Shown: piece after piece, positions 1 to 12,911 of the stretch
Layout: each line of letters starts with the position of its first letter
Position numbering within the stretch: the stretch's first letter is position 1
Assembly (NCBI RefSeq): GCF_006345805.1
Contig: NC_043001.1
Span: forward strand, 21,080,001 to 21,144,000
From: Octopus sinensis
Lineage: Eukaryota
Length of the DNA: 64,000 bases
Reading direction: 5' to 3'
Position numbers and translations under genes: made by a program
The notes under the pieces: model-generated
The model's database searches: none
Seen by the model: only the letters and a program-made list of their open reading frames with translations
Told to the model about the DNA's origin: nothing

Positions 1-299
1 TTTAAAAGGATATGAATGTGTTTTTATATTATACAAAAAAATTTTTTCTGTAGGATGAGGGTATATATATGAATACACACACATATATATATATATAGAG
101 AGAGATGATGATAATGATGAGTGTGAGTGCTATTGTATAATTTTAATTCTCCCAAATAATACATATATATTAAGATGGGCATAAGTACAGATTTCTGTGC
201 CCACCCCGACTCTGGATGCACGACCGTGTTTATGTTTTATCTATTCTATTAAAGAAATGTCATAATTCCTTATCACAACGTTTGAAGAAAAACTGATCC

Positions 300-377
300 A
301 TACACACACATGTATGTATGTATGTATGTATGTATGTATGTATGTATGTATGTATGTACGTGTGTGTGTGTGTATAC

Positions 378-408
<31 letters not shown>

Positions 409-520
409 CGTGTGTGTATATATATATATGTGTGTGTGTATATATATATATATTTATATATATATATATATAGGCGCGCGCGTGTACACACGGACAAATG
501 TGTCGTTTGCGTGCGTGTAT
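300..520. repeat. Compound microsatellite (TATG)n/(TG)n/(TA)n
   Basis: Directly visible simple repeats. Confidence 0.95.
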
Positions 521-1348
521 ACATAATATAATTATCTTGTATATATTGAGCACAGAGATTAGCATTGGTCCGCCAGGGATCATTGTATTTCTTTACATAT
601 TGTGATGCTCACATAGTTGTTTCTCACACAACAATCAAGGCAAGATGAGATGCTGTGACATTCATCCATCCAATTCTCAAGAGAAATGTCGGGCGGGCAC
701 TTGCGAAATCGGAATTTACCAAAACTGAAAATTTCGTTCCTCATAAATTTATTAACTTATGAGTTGATAAATAAATTATTCAATAAACTTATCAAGAGAT
801 TGGTCAATATAAAGGTTTTTAGGAGAGAAATGGAAATATTTGGGGCTTATTATTTCTTTTTATCCATGGATAATAAATGGTTCGAAAGGAATTATATGCA
901 TGTATCTTACAGATTCCCTCTGTTAAATATGCTGACACCCACTTTACTTACTGTTTGTTTATCATGCAGATGGTGTCTTCTCTGAAATAATTATTACATA
1001 CATTATAAGTTTAATAAATAGATTATCCAGAGATAAATCTGATCTTGGAGGCAGGAACTGATGAAAATTGAATTCAGAGCATATTGTCATCAAAAGTTTA
1101 ATTATAACACATGCAGCAAAAACACAAAGGTTTATAGAATAGGAAATGATGAGATTTCACAACGTTTATACCTTTACCAAAAAGCATTAGCGACGTAAGT
1201 GGAATGGAATGAGTAATTAAGAAATAAAATTGGGTTCAGATCTCTGTTAAACAGAAGTTTACATCCACTGTACGTCGCTCAATACTTTTCAACATGTAAT
1301 AATAAGAAATAACAATAATTGTTTAGAAAGAAAAAAAAAGTACATTAC

Positions 1349-2269
1349 CTCCCTAGCATAGTTATACTTTGCTTTCAAAATTAACCGAAATAGCCTGGTT
1401 TTATTATCTTCTTCAAAGGGCATCTCTCCACTGAGTAAGATGAAGGTGATAACCCCAACTGCCCAAAGATCTACCTGAGAAGTATATGGCTTGCGAGCCA
1501 AAATTTCAGGTGCGATGTATTCCGGAGTTCCACAAGCCGTATTCATCCAGTTATCAGGACCTTTACGCGTTGCGGATAACCCAAAGTCTGTAATCATAAT
1601 TTTGGAATCGTTTCCAGGATGATAATAAAGCAAGTTCTCCGGTTTAAGGTCCCTGTGTGTTATTCCAAGACTGTGCAAATAACGCACCCCTTCAAAAACC
1701 ATCTTTAAAACAGTTATAGCATCTGCTTCGGAAAAATATCCTTTTCCGATAATTCTATCCAACAGGTCTCCACCCGTAGCCAGTTCCATCACCATATAAA
1801 CTTTCTGCTTGCATTCGAAAACTTCAACAAGTTGTATTATATTAGGGTGTCTAACTCGACGCAAAACATTAAGTTCTGACTCAAATACTTCACGTCCTTC
1901 AGTTCGATTAATCATTTTGATAGCATAGGGCTGTTTAGTAATTTTGTGTTCAACACGAACGATTTTACTGAAGCTCCCTCTGCCAATTAGTGCTTTTATA
2001 TCATATTTAGCGGTCACTCGATTGTCAAAAGTGGCCATATATTTCTCCACTCTTTTATTGTGTCGAGGTGTGTCTTGAATATTGTTGCCGGACTGTTGTG
2101 GTTGAGAATGTTGCCATTGTTTGTTTCCACATTTCTTTTCTTTAGGTTTGTGGTGGTTTGTATAGTTAGAATTGCTTTTATATATATTTTGTGGGCCATG
2201 GTACACATAATTAAGAGATCGTTGACTTGGTGGAGATTCCGGCACCAGTTTGGTGTTTAAACAGCCCAT
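1349..2269 (-). CDS. PSKH1: Serine/threonine-protein kinase H1-like (CAMK group), first coding exon; the gene continues leftward
   Basis: The ORF starts MGCLNTK (Gly2/Cys3 acylation motif as in PSKH1). It contains GRGSFS, YAIK, HRDLKPEN, DFG and APE, plus PSKH-typical RVTAKYDIKALIGRGSFS and LLYYHPGNDSKIMITDFGL. A GT donor (GAG|gtaatg) follows KYNYARE at 1348; 921 nt = 307 codons. Confidence 0.92.
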
Positions 2270-3766
2270 TGCCGGTGGAAAATATCACCAGCTGAGTCTT
2301 TCATCCCCTTCCAACATAGCAAGGGATCCAAGTAATACATCGAAACATCCAACAGTTTGGATTCGTTTTAAGGGGTTTATTCCGCTTCGGAGCCGCGCAG
2401 TAAAACTACCTTAGTTACAAGAATAGACCTAACAACTACTCCAATTCCGTGTTCAAAGAAGATAGTGCGTTAATATAAGCTTAAAGTAGAAAAAACAACT
2501 ATTTATTTAGCTTCCGAGTATATTGTATTGGAATATTACAAATATTAAATCCATTCTTTTAGAAATTGAATCTTGTTTCTTCGAAATTTTAGCTGATACA
2601 TTAAAGAACACGATTAGCGAATACTGTGACATATTTATCTTAGCGCGTAGTAATATAGCAACTTGGGAAAAGAGAAGAAATCGTGCGCGAAAGTTTGAAA
2701 AAGATGTTAAACGGGAAAAGAAATTGCTTGAAATTCTGTTTATAAGTTAATTATATTAATTATAAGAAAATAAAGGAAACAGAAACATTCAATGGATCTT
2801 TCTTAGAAAATCTTGCACTATATTTTTTAAAACTTTTTCTTTCCCATCTTTCTAGTGGAATCGACAGAGTTTGACCTAATTTCTTATTATTACCATTTCG
2901 AATGTCGACGGTACTAAAGCAACGTAGGGGTTAACAATGAGGAGAAGAACAAGAAGAATTGTCTGATTTCATTGGTTGTTTCGAAAACATATGTCTAAAG
3001 TGACAACAAGTAGTATGCTTGGAATGTGATGAGAACACTCCTCTTCCTAACTTGTCTTAGAAGTAGCTTCCAGCCATTGTTTATTCAAGAATTAACTATT
3101 ATCTTGGTTCTTTTCTATTCTACACACTTGCTGTATTGATGAATAACTAGTTAGTTATAAGGCTACTACTTTAAGCTCTATTTTTCTGCCAATTCTTAGA
3201 TTAATAAGAATTTAGATTGAAACAATTTTTTTGAATAATTAAGTAATAATAATAATAAAAAAATATGTTCATATAATTTAGCCCAGAGACTAGAATTTCC
3301 AAGTGGCTTATGTTTTCATTTTAAAAAATCATGAGTTAGATTAAACATCTGTTGAGTGTTTTGGTTCCAAGTTTTCCATTAAACAAATAAATTGTCTTTT
3401 AACTGTAATATTTTTCTATTATCATGCTGGTTGATGATGTACACTGCATACCATTTTTCAATTCTCTGTGAGAAACAATTTCATTTATATTGCAAATTTT
3501 CCAATTTATTTTCCTTTTATGTCTGTGGCATTCTATACTCTTTCTACAATTTATAGAATAAAATTTTAATTATAAATGTTGAATTAAACGAGCCGAAGAA
3601 TTAATTTCTCCAAGGGATGTAGAAAAGTAAGATTATAAACTAATTTGATGAAGCTAACACCAGAAAGAGTCCCAAATTAGAAGATAGATTTATTTAAAAA
3701 GTTAGTATTTAATTCTTTTTAAAACAGTTGGAATACATATGATGTAGAATTTTTCAATAATATTAA

Positions 3767-4210
3767 CCCTTTCGTTACCAACCCGGCTGAAACCAGCTCT
3801 GGTTCTGAGTACAAATGTCTTGTTTTCATAAGTTTTGAATTAAAATCTTCCACCAAACCTTAGTCGCAATTTATGTTCCTAATACTAGCTGAATGATAAC
3901 TAAGTTATTTTTCTAAATTCTTTGTTATATTTAACCCTTTGGCATTCAGATTACTCTGTCAAATGTAAAGCCTGTTTAATCACATTGTTTTAAATTAATT
4001 GTACAGCATCTTGTAACTCTGAGATTTTGATGATGTCCCTGTTTATTTTTAGAATGACTTTGTAGGGTAGGTGTGAGAGGTCAGAGCTGGCTGGTTTGAG
4101 CATATAACAGGAAGACAATTTTGGCCTGATATGGCCGGTTTAAACACTAAAGGGTTAAAGTAATTGAAAGAAACACAGATCATCTCAAAATAAGTACAGT
4201 AACGAAAGGG
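3767..4210. mobile_element. TTAA-flanked piggyBac-type MITE (family P1) with a nested insertion
   Basis: TIR CCCTTTCGTTAC/GTAACGAAAGGG with TTAA on both sides; an uninterrupted copy lies at 17666-17885. Confidence 0.85.
3935..4154. mobile_element. TTAA-flanked piggyBac-type MITE (family P2) nested in P1
   Basis: CCCTTT...AAAGGG termini with the TTAA duplicated relative to the empty site in the 17666 copy; other copies at 12099-12324 and 27101-27319. Confidence 0.85.
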
Positions 4211-4926
4211 TTAAGCCACAATTCCTTTGATTAATAGAAAAGCACTAATTCATTTCAAATGAATTACTTTTACTTAAGCTTGATATATTAGTAAAAGTGA
4301 GTTCCTTGTCCAAGGGCTCAACACTGAATCTGCAACAACTTATATGTACTTATAAGCTAACACTTATTTCCCACTAGATCTTGGCACTTGATAATATATA
4401 GCATTATTTCCAGTGATTCAGTTGGGAGGATACTTGGCAATGATCCATTACCAGCTCTTTGTAGTGCACTTTTCAACTTCCATGTAGCTTCATAGACAGA
4501 TTCTGATCCCATGCAATGATGAGGAAACCCCTCAATATCTATTTTTAGACAATAGCCCCCTTAACCATTCAATGCTTGCTCACAGATTTCTAACTGTTCT
4601 ATTTAATCTTAAAAGAAACTAGTTATCAAAATATTTGTTTTTCTTTCTGAGTGTATGCTTCATGTTTTGTGTGGTAAATGTTCTTCTTTCTGTTAATATG
4701 TATAGCTTTTCACATTCAAGCCCTGATTCATCTCTAGCTTCTGTTTAATCCTGGTTTATATCTTTATCTCTGCTCCACACCCACACACCACCATCACCAC
4801 CACTCCCCCATGATCTTAGACTATCTCCTATCTTTTATCTTTTACTTGTTTCAGTCATTGGATTGCAGTCATGCTGGAGCACTAGCTTGCAGAGTTTAAT
4901 CAGACAAATTAGCCTCAGCTAATTTA

Positions 4927-5523
4927 AGGCGGCGAGCTGGCAGAAACGTTAGCATGCCAGGCAAAATGCTTAGCGGTATTTCGTCTACCATTACGTTCTG
5001 AGTTCAAATTCCACTCAGGTCAACTTTGCCTTTCATCCTTTCAGGTTCGATTAAATAAGTACCAGTTACGCACTGGGGTCGATATAATTGACTTAATCCA
5101 TTTCTCTGTCCTTGTTTGTCCCCTCTGTGTTTAGCCCCTTGTGGGTAGTAAAGAAATAGGTATTCCGTCTACCATTACGTTCTGAGTTCAAATTCCGCTG
5201 AGGTCGACTTTGCCTTTCATCCTTTCAGGTTCGATTAAATAAGTACCAGTTACGCACTGGGGTCGATATAATTGACTTAATCCATTTCTCTGTCCTTGTT
5301 TGTCCCCTCTGTGTTTAGCCCCTTGTGGGTAGTAAAGAAATATGTATTCCGTCTGCCGTTACGTTCTGAGTTCAAATTCCGTCGAGGTCGACTTTGCCTT
5401 TCATCCTTTCGGGGTCAATAAATTAAGTACCAGTTACGCACTGGTGTCGATATAATCGATTTAATCCGTTTGTCTGTCCTTGTTTGTCCCCTCTGTGTGT
5501 AGCCCCTTGTGGGCAGTAAAAAA
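4927..5523 (+). mobile_element. SINE family A, tandem trimer, inserted in a minus-strand family B SINE (~4840-5830)
   Basis: Head GGCGGCGAGCTGGCAGAAACGTTAGC, B-box-like GAGTTCAAATTCC, three ~183-bp units. Confidence 0.85.
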
Positions 5524-5656
5524 ATGACAAATTAGCCCCAGCAATTATTTTTGAAGTCTGGAACTTATTCTGTCAATCTCTTTTGCAAAACAACTAAGTT
5601 ACAGGGAAGTAATCAAACCAATACTGGCTGTCAAGAAGTGCAGCAAAGGACAACAA

Positions 5657-5701
<45 letters not shown>

Positions 5702-6479
5702 ATAGGATTCCACAGTTTCTGTCTACCACATTTACTCACAAGGCATTGGTTGGTCAGGATGCTGCACAATGGGATTGCACCCAAAGCCATGGAGTTGTAA
5801 AGTGAGCTTCTTAACCACACAGCCATGCCCATACCTAACTTTTTGGGGGGATATTTTTATATAGTTATTGATTGTATTTAATAGTTTTACATTTATGATG
5901 CAGTTCAAACATTTTGAATCATATTACAATTTCATGGTTTCTCATCTAATTTTTTCCTAACTTAAAAAGTAAAATAATTAAAAGACAACTAACTAATGTT
6001 AATATATATTTTTTATTTTGCTTGCAAAATTCAAGAATATTTTCGTTTTTGAGATCTTCAATTTGTGAGTGTTGCATGCTCCAACTGTTCTAAGGAAAGT
6101 TCCTGTTTCCATGTTTAGATTTTTATATCTGTATCTACCCTATAATGCTTATTGTTGAAAATATTTTATGCTTCAAATACTATGTTCTTATGGCAACAAA
6201 ACAATAAAATTGAAAGTGTGAATATTTTAACAATCCAAAAAGATGAAAGGCAAAGTTGACTTCAGTGGAATTTGAACTCAGAACGTAAAGACAAATGGAA
6301 CACTACTAAGCATTTTACCCAACTTGCTAACAATTTTATATATTATATCAATTTAGTGTTGTCTGTTGAAAAAAAATACTATGGTACAGTTTTTAAATAT
6401 TTTTACTTTGATAGAGTTGGTCCCTTGCTACTCTGAGTTTCATCTGTGGGTGCACAGGATCTTCAGGTAAGTCATAACT

Positions 6480-7900
6480 TGTCTAGACATATGTGGTCGA
6501 TAATGCAAGAATTAATGAGTACAGTGTTGAATTTAGATTGCATGTAGGTGTCCACCAGGGCTCAATCTTTAGCCTTCTTCTGTTTATTGTAGTCTTCCAA
6601 GTTATAATAGAGGAGTTTAAGACATGTGTTGTTTTTGAGATCTCCAGTATACTGATGATCTAGTTCTTACAGCTGAATAAATAGATTTTGAGAAGTTCTA
6701 AACAAATAAGCAGAAACTAAAATCAAAGTTAAATTAACAAAGACAAATGTTTTAGTGAGAAAAAGAAAAGTTGCCATCAGGGAAATGGCCATACTCGTTA
6801 TACAGGATAGTAATAAGCAAAAACTTCATATAATATACATAATGCAAACTATGGAAGTGCAAGAAGTGTAGAGGAATCACCAGCAAAGTAGACTTCATAC
6901 ATGACAGATGTACAGGGGTGATAAGCATTAAGAGCACATGGAAACAGATTCTCTTAAATGCCTAAAAGATTCACTAAAAGTACTTGATAGCTTTTGTTAC
7001 CTAGGTAAACTAATTAACTGTTGGAGTAGGTTTTCTGAAAGCATGAAGTAAGAACAGACTGGAAGATATTCAGAAAGTTAGTATTCTTATTGACAGAAAA
7101 AAGGTTTCTCATTCAGAGTGAAGGGCAGATTGCAGGATATTTATGTATGAAGTGTGATACAATTTGGTAATAAAGTGTGGTGTTTGAATGCAGAGGATTT
7201 ATGAAGACTAAGGAAGAAAAATTGAAGTGAGCATGCTTTGCTGGATGTGAAATGATTGTGTGTATGAATGGTTAAAATACAAATGGGCTAAGAGAAAAAC
7301 TGGATATAAGAAACAAAATAGGTGTAATCTGCAAGAGAGAAGGCTGTACTGATACAAACATGGTGATGTGTATGGAGGATGGTTACTGTGGTGTTGGCGG
7401 GCAGTGTTATGGGCCGTGATGAGCTATGTGGTGTTGGTGGAGAGGACGACAGATGAGGTGGGCGGAAGTAAGGTTTGCAGGGGCCGGCAGAAGACTGAAG
7501 GGTGCATGCATGGCAGGAAGCACGTGTGGTCAAGGAGGAAGCACGTGTGGTCAGCGAGGAAGCGGGGCAGTTCCAGCATAGACAGCAAAGCAACAGGACG
7601 TGTTGAATTTGTGAGAGACTGCTGATTTCGCCGAGGTAAGGCTTTTTGTATTTCTTTCTCCCGTTGCTTCTTTTTCTGTTGTCCTCTTCATCCATCATAC
7701 TACAGTTACTGCATAAAGAAGTGCTAAGTGCTCAGGGTGAGTGGAATATGGGAAAGAGAAAGAATGAAGAAAACATGGAATGAAATGGTGATGACTGTTA
7801 TCAAGAGGTTGCACCTCACAAAGACAACAAAGGACCATAACCATTGGCGATGCACAGTGCTGTACTAACAAAAACCCACCCAGCTGTGCATGCATGGTGA
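6480..7900 (+). mobile_element. Decayed RTE-clade LINE reverse-transcriptase fragment, interrupted by a solo LTR
   Basis: Translates in pieces to VGVHQGS..LLLFIVV, YTDDLVL, DSFCYLG and KKTWNEMV, with many stops and frameshifts. Confidence 0.75.
7387..7704. mobile_element. Solo LTR (318 bp)
   Basis: TG...CA ends (TGTGGTG...TACTACA), 5-bp TSD GTTAC at 7382-7386 and 7705-7709, internal 21-bp tandem repeat; interrupts the RTE remnant. Confidence 0.75.
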
Positions 7901-8039
7901 AACATAAATTAGGAGAGAGGTAACAATGGAAACTGGGATGTATAACATATATCTGGGCTTTCTCTCCCATTCTGACCTGTTAAGTCTTTCTACCTGCTAC
8001 CCTTCTTGCTTCTTTGATGCCATCTCATTGCTCTATCAC

Positions 8040-8252
8040 TTCCCGGTTTCCCAGTTTCAATGGCATATGTGTTCCCCAGCTGGACGGGATGCCAGTCCAT
8101 TGCAGCGTTACTCATTTTTGCCAGCTGAGTGGACTGGAGTAACGTGAAATGAAGTGTTTTGCTCAAGAACACAATATATCGCCCGGTCCAGGAATCGAAA
8201 CCACAACTTACGATCATGGTGCTGACACCCTAACCACTAAGCCACATGCCTC
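8040..8252 (-). mobile_element. tRNA-derived SINE family E
   Basis: A/B-box head GGCTTAGTGGTTAG...GGTTTCGATTCC; related copies at ~31700-31960, 42660-42890, 44968-45300 and 57540-57825. Confidence 0.75.
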
Positions 8253-8598
8253 CCTCCTTATCATTGTACTGAATCATCTAAGGAAATGCTGGATAAGAAC
8301 ATATCTATGAATATTCAGTTTCACCCTGCCACCATCTATATCTCTCTATTTCTCTCTTCTTTTTATTACAATGCCTGAATGAAAAGGGATTGCATCTGAC
8401 CTGTCAGTTAAGAACATGACAACCTCTCAAAGAAAGAGTTTAGCAAAAGCTTATCTGACATGGGAGAATGGTTTCGTTGGTTGGAAACAAGTGAGGGTTG
8501 GTAACAAGAAGGGCATCTGGCTATAAAGAAATCTGCCTCAATAAACTCCATCCAGCCCAAGCAAATATGGGAAAATGGACATTAAGATGATAATAAAG

Positions 8599-8860
8599 AT
8601 CATCATCATCGTTTAACGTCCGCTTTCCATACTTGCATGGGTTGGATGATTTTGACTGAGGGCTGGCAAACCAGATGGCTGCACCAGGCTCCAATCTTGA
8701 TCTGACAGAGTTTCTACAGCTGGATGCCCTTCTTAACGCCAACCATTCCGAGAGTAGTGGGTTCCTTTTATGTGCCACTGGCACGGGGGCCAGTCAGGCG
8801 GTACTGGCAACAACCTTGCTCGAATCTTTTTACACATGCCACCAGCACAGGTGCCAGTAA
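8599..8860 (-). mobile_element. SINE family C (internal ~40-bp minisatellite, (GAT)n tail)
   Basis: 3' end CCAACCCATGCxAGxATGGAAAGCGGACGTTAAAC(GAT)n; copies at ~14220-14656, 20290-20650, 32155-32578, 47880-48305, 53698-53990, 54761-55260, 56337-56610, 61127-61690 and 62072-62535. Confidence 0.8.
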
Positions 8861-9183
8861 AATTTAAAATTTATCAGCTAAGTAAGAATTCCATTTTAAA
8901 TAGCCTTGCACTTTAAGAAAATATTTCAAACCTATTTTATATATATAACATATACTTAACAAACAATGTTTCTATACATCCAAACCAACCAGCATGACAA
9001 AAGAAGGGAAGAAAAGAATGGGAGGAATGTTAGTAAAGAAACATATGAAAGAGAAGGATTGGATCTAAAAGTGATTAACAGTGACCCTTGATAACAGGTC
9101 AAGCAACAACTATGCAGCAGATTCATAAATTTTAAGGAAATAAAGAAAAACTTAACAAAAACAATGAGAAAATAAAATATATA

Positions 9184-10090
9184 CAAGGGGAAGTCAAAAA
9201 TTATCTGCACTTCCACCATAATATATCTTTATTATTATTACACTACCTTCTGCACATGTGTGCTTATTGTTGGTACTTTTGTGGTCACGTGATTGAAGTT
9301 TGAGCCTGATAACGCCATTTTTTTTTTTCTGGCTTTACAGCATAAGTATGGCCACTCCATTAACAATGTGCACCAAAGAACAAAGAGCGGTGATCCAATT
9401 TCTCTGGTCAAAAGGTGTGTAAGGTGCTGAAATTCATTGGAGGGTTCGAGCATGATACGGGGACAGTGCACTACCATGTAGAAGTGTGTATGAGTGGACT
9501 GAGAAGTTTAAAAGTGGCCAGACAAGCGGGACACATGAAGAGGGAGCAGGACGTCTGTCAACCTCCACCGCTGACAAGAAGATTCAGCAAGCTGGCAGAA
9601 ACGTTAGCACGCCAAGCAAAATGCTTAGCAGTATTTCGTCTGCCGCTACGTTCTGAGTTCAAATTCACTAAGGTCGACTTTGCCTTTCATCCTTTTGGGT
9701 CGATTAAATAAGTACCTGTTACGCACTGGGGTCAATATAATCAACTTAATCCGTTTGTCTGTCCTTGTTTGTCCCCTCTGTGTGTGGACTCTTGTGGGCA
9801 GTAAAGAAATAAGAAGATTCAGCAAGCTCAAGAAATGGTAATGATGAACCAGTTCACCATTACCATCTCTCAGATCACTGCTCTTTGTTCTACTTTGGTG
9901 CACATTGCTAGTGGAGTGGCCATGCTTACACTGTAAAGCCAGAAAGAAAATTGGCACGATCAGGCTCAAATTTCAATCACATGACCGCAATAATACCAAC
10001 TATAAGCACACATGCGCAGAAGGTAGTGTGACAATAATAAAGATATGTTATGGTGAAAAGAAAGTGCAGATAATTTTTGATTTCCCCTCA
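9184..10090 (+). mobile_element. Mariner-derived element with long (~215 bp) TIRs and a pseudogenised transposase N-terminus
   Basis: TA followed by the TIR CAAGGGGAAGTCAAAAATTATCTGCACTT. From 9348 it reads MATPLTMCTKEQRAVIQFLWSKGV*GAEIH...VYEWTEKFKSG..GAGRLST (mariner HTH). Confidence 0.85.
9594..9810 (+). mobile_element. SINE family A inserted in the mariner element
   Basis: 18-bp TSD AAGAAGATTCAGCAAGCT at 9576-9593 and 9811-9828. Confidence 0.9.
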
Positions 10091-10194
10091 AATATATAAA
10101 TAAAACACCTGACATCTTTAAAAGATAAAAAGCAAAAAAAACAATTATTACATAATGGCAATTCTATGATCTAATTACTACATACATACATACA

Positions 10195-10225
<31 letters not shown>

Positions 10226-11616
10226 CATCCACTTATAAAAACCATGCTAAAGCAGGTAGTACACCTTGGTGCAGTCCTTTGGCTCACCAGCACCTGTCAA
10301 ACTCTCCAACCTATGCACCTATGCTGGCATGGAAAATTAATGTTAAATGGTTATCATGATGACAACGATAATGATGATGATGATGATGATATATGGCTGT
10401 GTGATTAAGAAGCTTATTTTGAAGCCATATGGTTTCAAGTTCAATTGCACTGATAGTACCTTGAATAAGCCTTTTCTACTTTAGCCCTGAGCTGAACAAT
10501 GCTTTGTGAGAGAATTTGATTGATGGAAACACTTGTAGAAGCCCAAATGTATGTACAAATAATCTGGCTTAAACCTCTGTTCATCTTAGAGGTTTCCACT
10601 AATATAGCTTGGAGCTTCTTGTCATTAATCAAAAAGCTTTTCCCACAAAATTATAGAAATTATAAGCCCTTTAATACCCATAATATCAAGGTAAGCTACT
10701 CATGTTTAGATAATATCATTTCAATCATTTCACCTTACAAAAGGTAGGGTGATTGAAACGGTATTATCTAAACATGAAATCCTTCAGGTGTAGTGTGAAT
10801 GAGAACTCTACCTCCCTTCTGCTTCATCCGGAGGCACCAGGACTATCAAAATGACTTTCCCATCATCAAATGGAGTACTTTTGACAGGGCTTGACACAGC
10901 CCTCCTTACTCATAATGGCCAATTCTGGCTCCATGAGAAACTGCACATACTCTACCAGCCTGCAATATTCATTGATAGTAAGAATGAACTATATTATTGT
11001 TGCCACTAGATTTACAGACTGGTAATGAACTTCAAGCCTCTGACTACTGATATATGACCCTAGGCCTTGCTGGTCCACTCCTGGGGGCAGAGCATATAAT
11101 ACCTGTTGTCTGTATAGACTACAGCCGACTTATGTTGGTCATGCAACCTCACTTGTGACCTGACAGCATCGATATTGTTGCCGTAATATGATAACTGCTG
11201 TCACTAATATGTTCAATGTTCACAGAATAATGATTGCTTAACTAACTTATGCCAATATATTGCATACACCACCACATGCAGTGCCCAATACAAAGAACTA
11301 GTATTGCTGAATAGACCATATTGCAGACTGCTGTTAAAGTGATGCCAACGTCCTGTCTGCAAAATATGGACATAAAAATAAAGAAAATAACTTATGTCAC
11401 TTTGACAGCATTGCAGTCACATGACCTGAGCTGACTAATGGAGGCTTAAACATTTAAAAGTCATTATGAATTTTTTTTCAAACTCTCTGTTCTTTCTTCT
11501 TTTTTTTATGACTCAATCACTGTTCATTTTCCTGTCTTTTTTGTGCATTATTCTACATGCTATACATGCACGCTTGGCTACTTTTTCTGATGAGTTGTAG
11601 TGCACCTGAGCGCTCT

Positions 11617-12017
11617 CTTTACTCTTTTACTTGTTTCAGTCCTTTGACTGCAGCCATGCTGGGGCACCACCTTTAGTCGAGCAAATCGACCCCGGGACTT
11701 ATTCTTTGTAAGCCCAGTACTTATTCTATCGGTCACTTTTGCCGAACCACTAAGTGACGGGGACGTAAACACACCAGCATCGGTTGTCAAGCAATGCTAG
11801 GGGGACAAACACAGACACACAAACATATACACACACATTTATATATATATACATATATACGACAGGCTTCTTTCAGTTTCCATCTACCAAATCCACTCAC
11901 AAGGCATTGGTCAGCCCAGGGCTATAGCAGAAGACACTTGCCCAAGATGCCACGCAGTGGGACTGAACCCGGAACCATGTGGTTGGTAAGCAAGCTACTT
12001 ACCACACAGCCACTCCA
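11617..12017 (-). mobile_element. SINE family B (internal microsatellite, AGTAAAAG tail)
   Basis: Head GGAGTGGCTGTGTGGTAAGTAGCTTGC...GGTTCAGTCCC; copies at ~15813-16163, 16795-17180, 34096-34467, 35535-35828, 38253-38652 and 45887-46250. Confidence 0.85.
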
Positions 12018-12630
12018 ATAAGTTCATTATGATTTTATGCTTTTTATTTTTGTAAATATCTGATGAGGTGGATGTGTCCCATGCCCACAAAACTTTAACT
12101 CTTTAGTGTTCAAATTACTCAGTCAAGTGTAATACTGATTTATTTTTACCCACATTGTTTTGAATAAATTATGCATTATCTTGTGGCTTTGAGATTTTGA
12201 TGGTATGATTGTTTATTTTTAGATTGGCATTGTAGAATAGGTGTAAGAGGCTAGATCTGGCCAGTTTGAACAAAGAACAGGGAGGATATTTGGGCTGGAT
12301 ACGGTCAGTTTAAATGCTAAAGGGTTGAGTAATACAGAGCTGAATCACACTATTATTAAATACATACATACATGCATGGACACACACACACAATCATGCA
12401 CACACACACATACATGCACACATATGCACACACACATACATGCACACATACATGCACACACACACACACACACATATGTACATATATGATTGTATGCATA
12501 TATGTATGTATGTATGAGTGCAGGTATGGCTGTGTGGTTAAGAAGCTTATTTAATAAACGTAGAAGACACACACACAGACAGACAGACAGACAGAACGGA
12601 TTTTATATAATATATATATATATATATATA

Positions 12631-12911
12631 TTGGTAAAACGGAAAGATAACAAAAGAAAGAAAGAGACCTCAATATTATGTAAATAGAGGAAATTTATCT
12701 ATACAATATGTTACATTACTCGATAGTCAAGATAAAACTCTGAGTTTCAGATGCCGAAGTGGGAATCCACAACGCCATCTCTTCGGTTATCTGGCTATTT
12801 GAAAATCTGCTTTTCAAATAGCCAGATAACCGAAGAGATGGCGTTGTGGATTCCCACTTCGGCATCTGAAACTCAGAGTTTTATCTTGACTATCGAGTAA
12901 TGTAACATATT
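12631..12911. mobile_element. Fold-back element in (TA)n with a perfect 101-bp inverted repeat and a hammerhead-like motif
   Basis: Arms 12705-12805 and 12811-12911 are exact reverse complements with loop TCTGC; same family as 35129-35293. Confidence 0.8.

Noticed and set aside
24-583. Overlapping ORFs rich in Y/I/C/V/H/T
   Set aside because: Translations of microsatellites
1289-1348. C-terminal part of the 326-aa kinase ORF (VMYFFFLSK...)
   Set aside because: Read-through into the intron after the GT donor at 1348
2270-3000. Possible PSKH1 promoter/5' UTR (mild CpG enrichment, minus-strand CCAAT at 2971-2975)
   Set aside because: Plausible, but there is no sequence-only way to place the TSS or exclude an upstream non-coding exon
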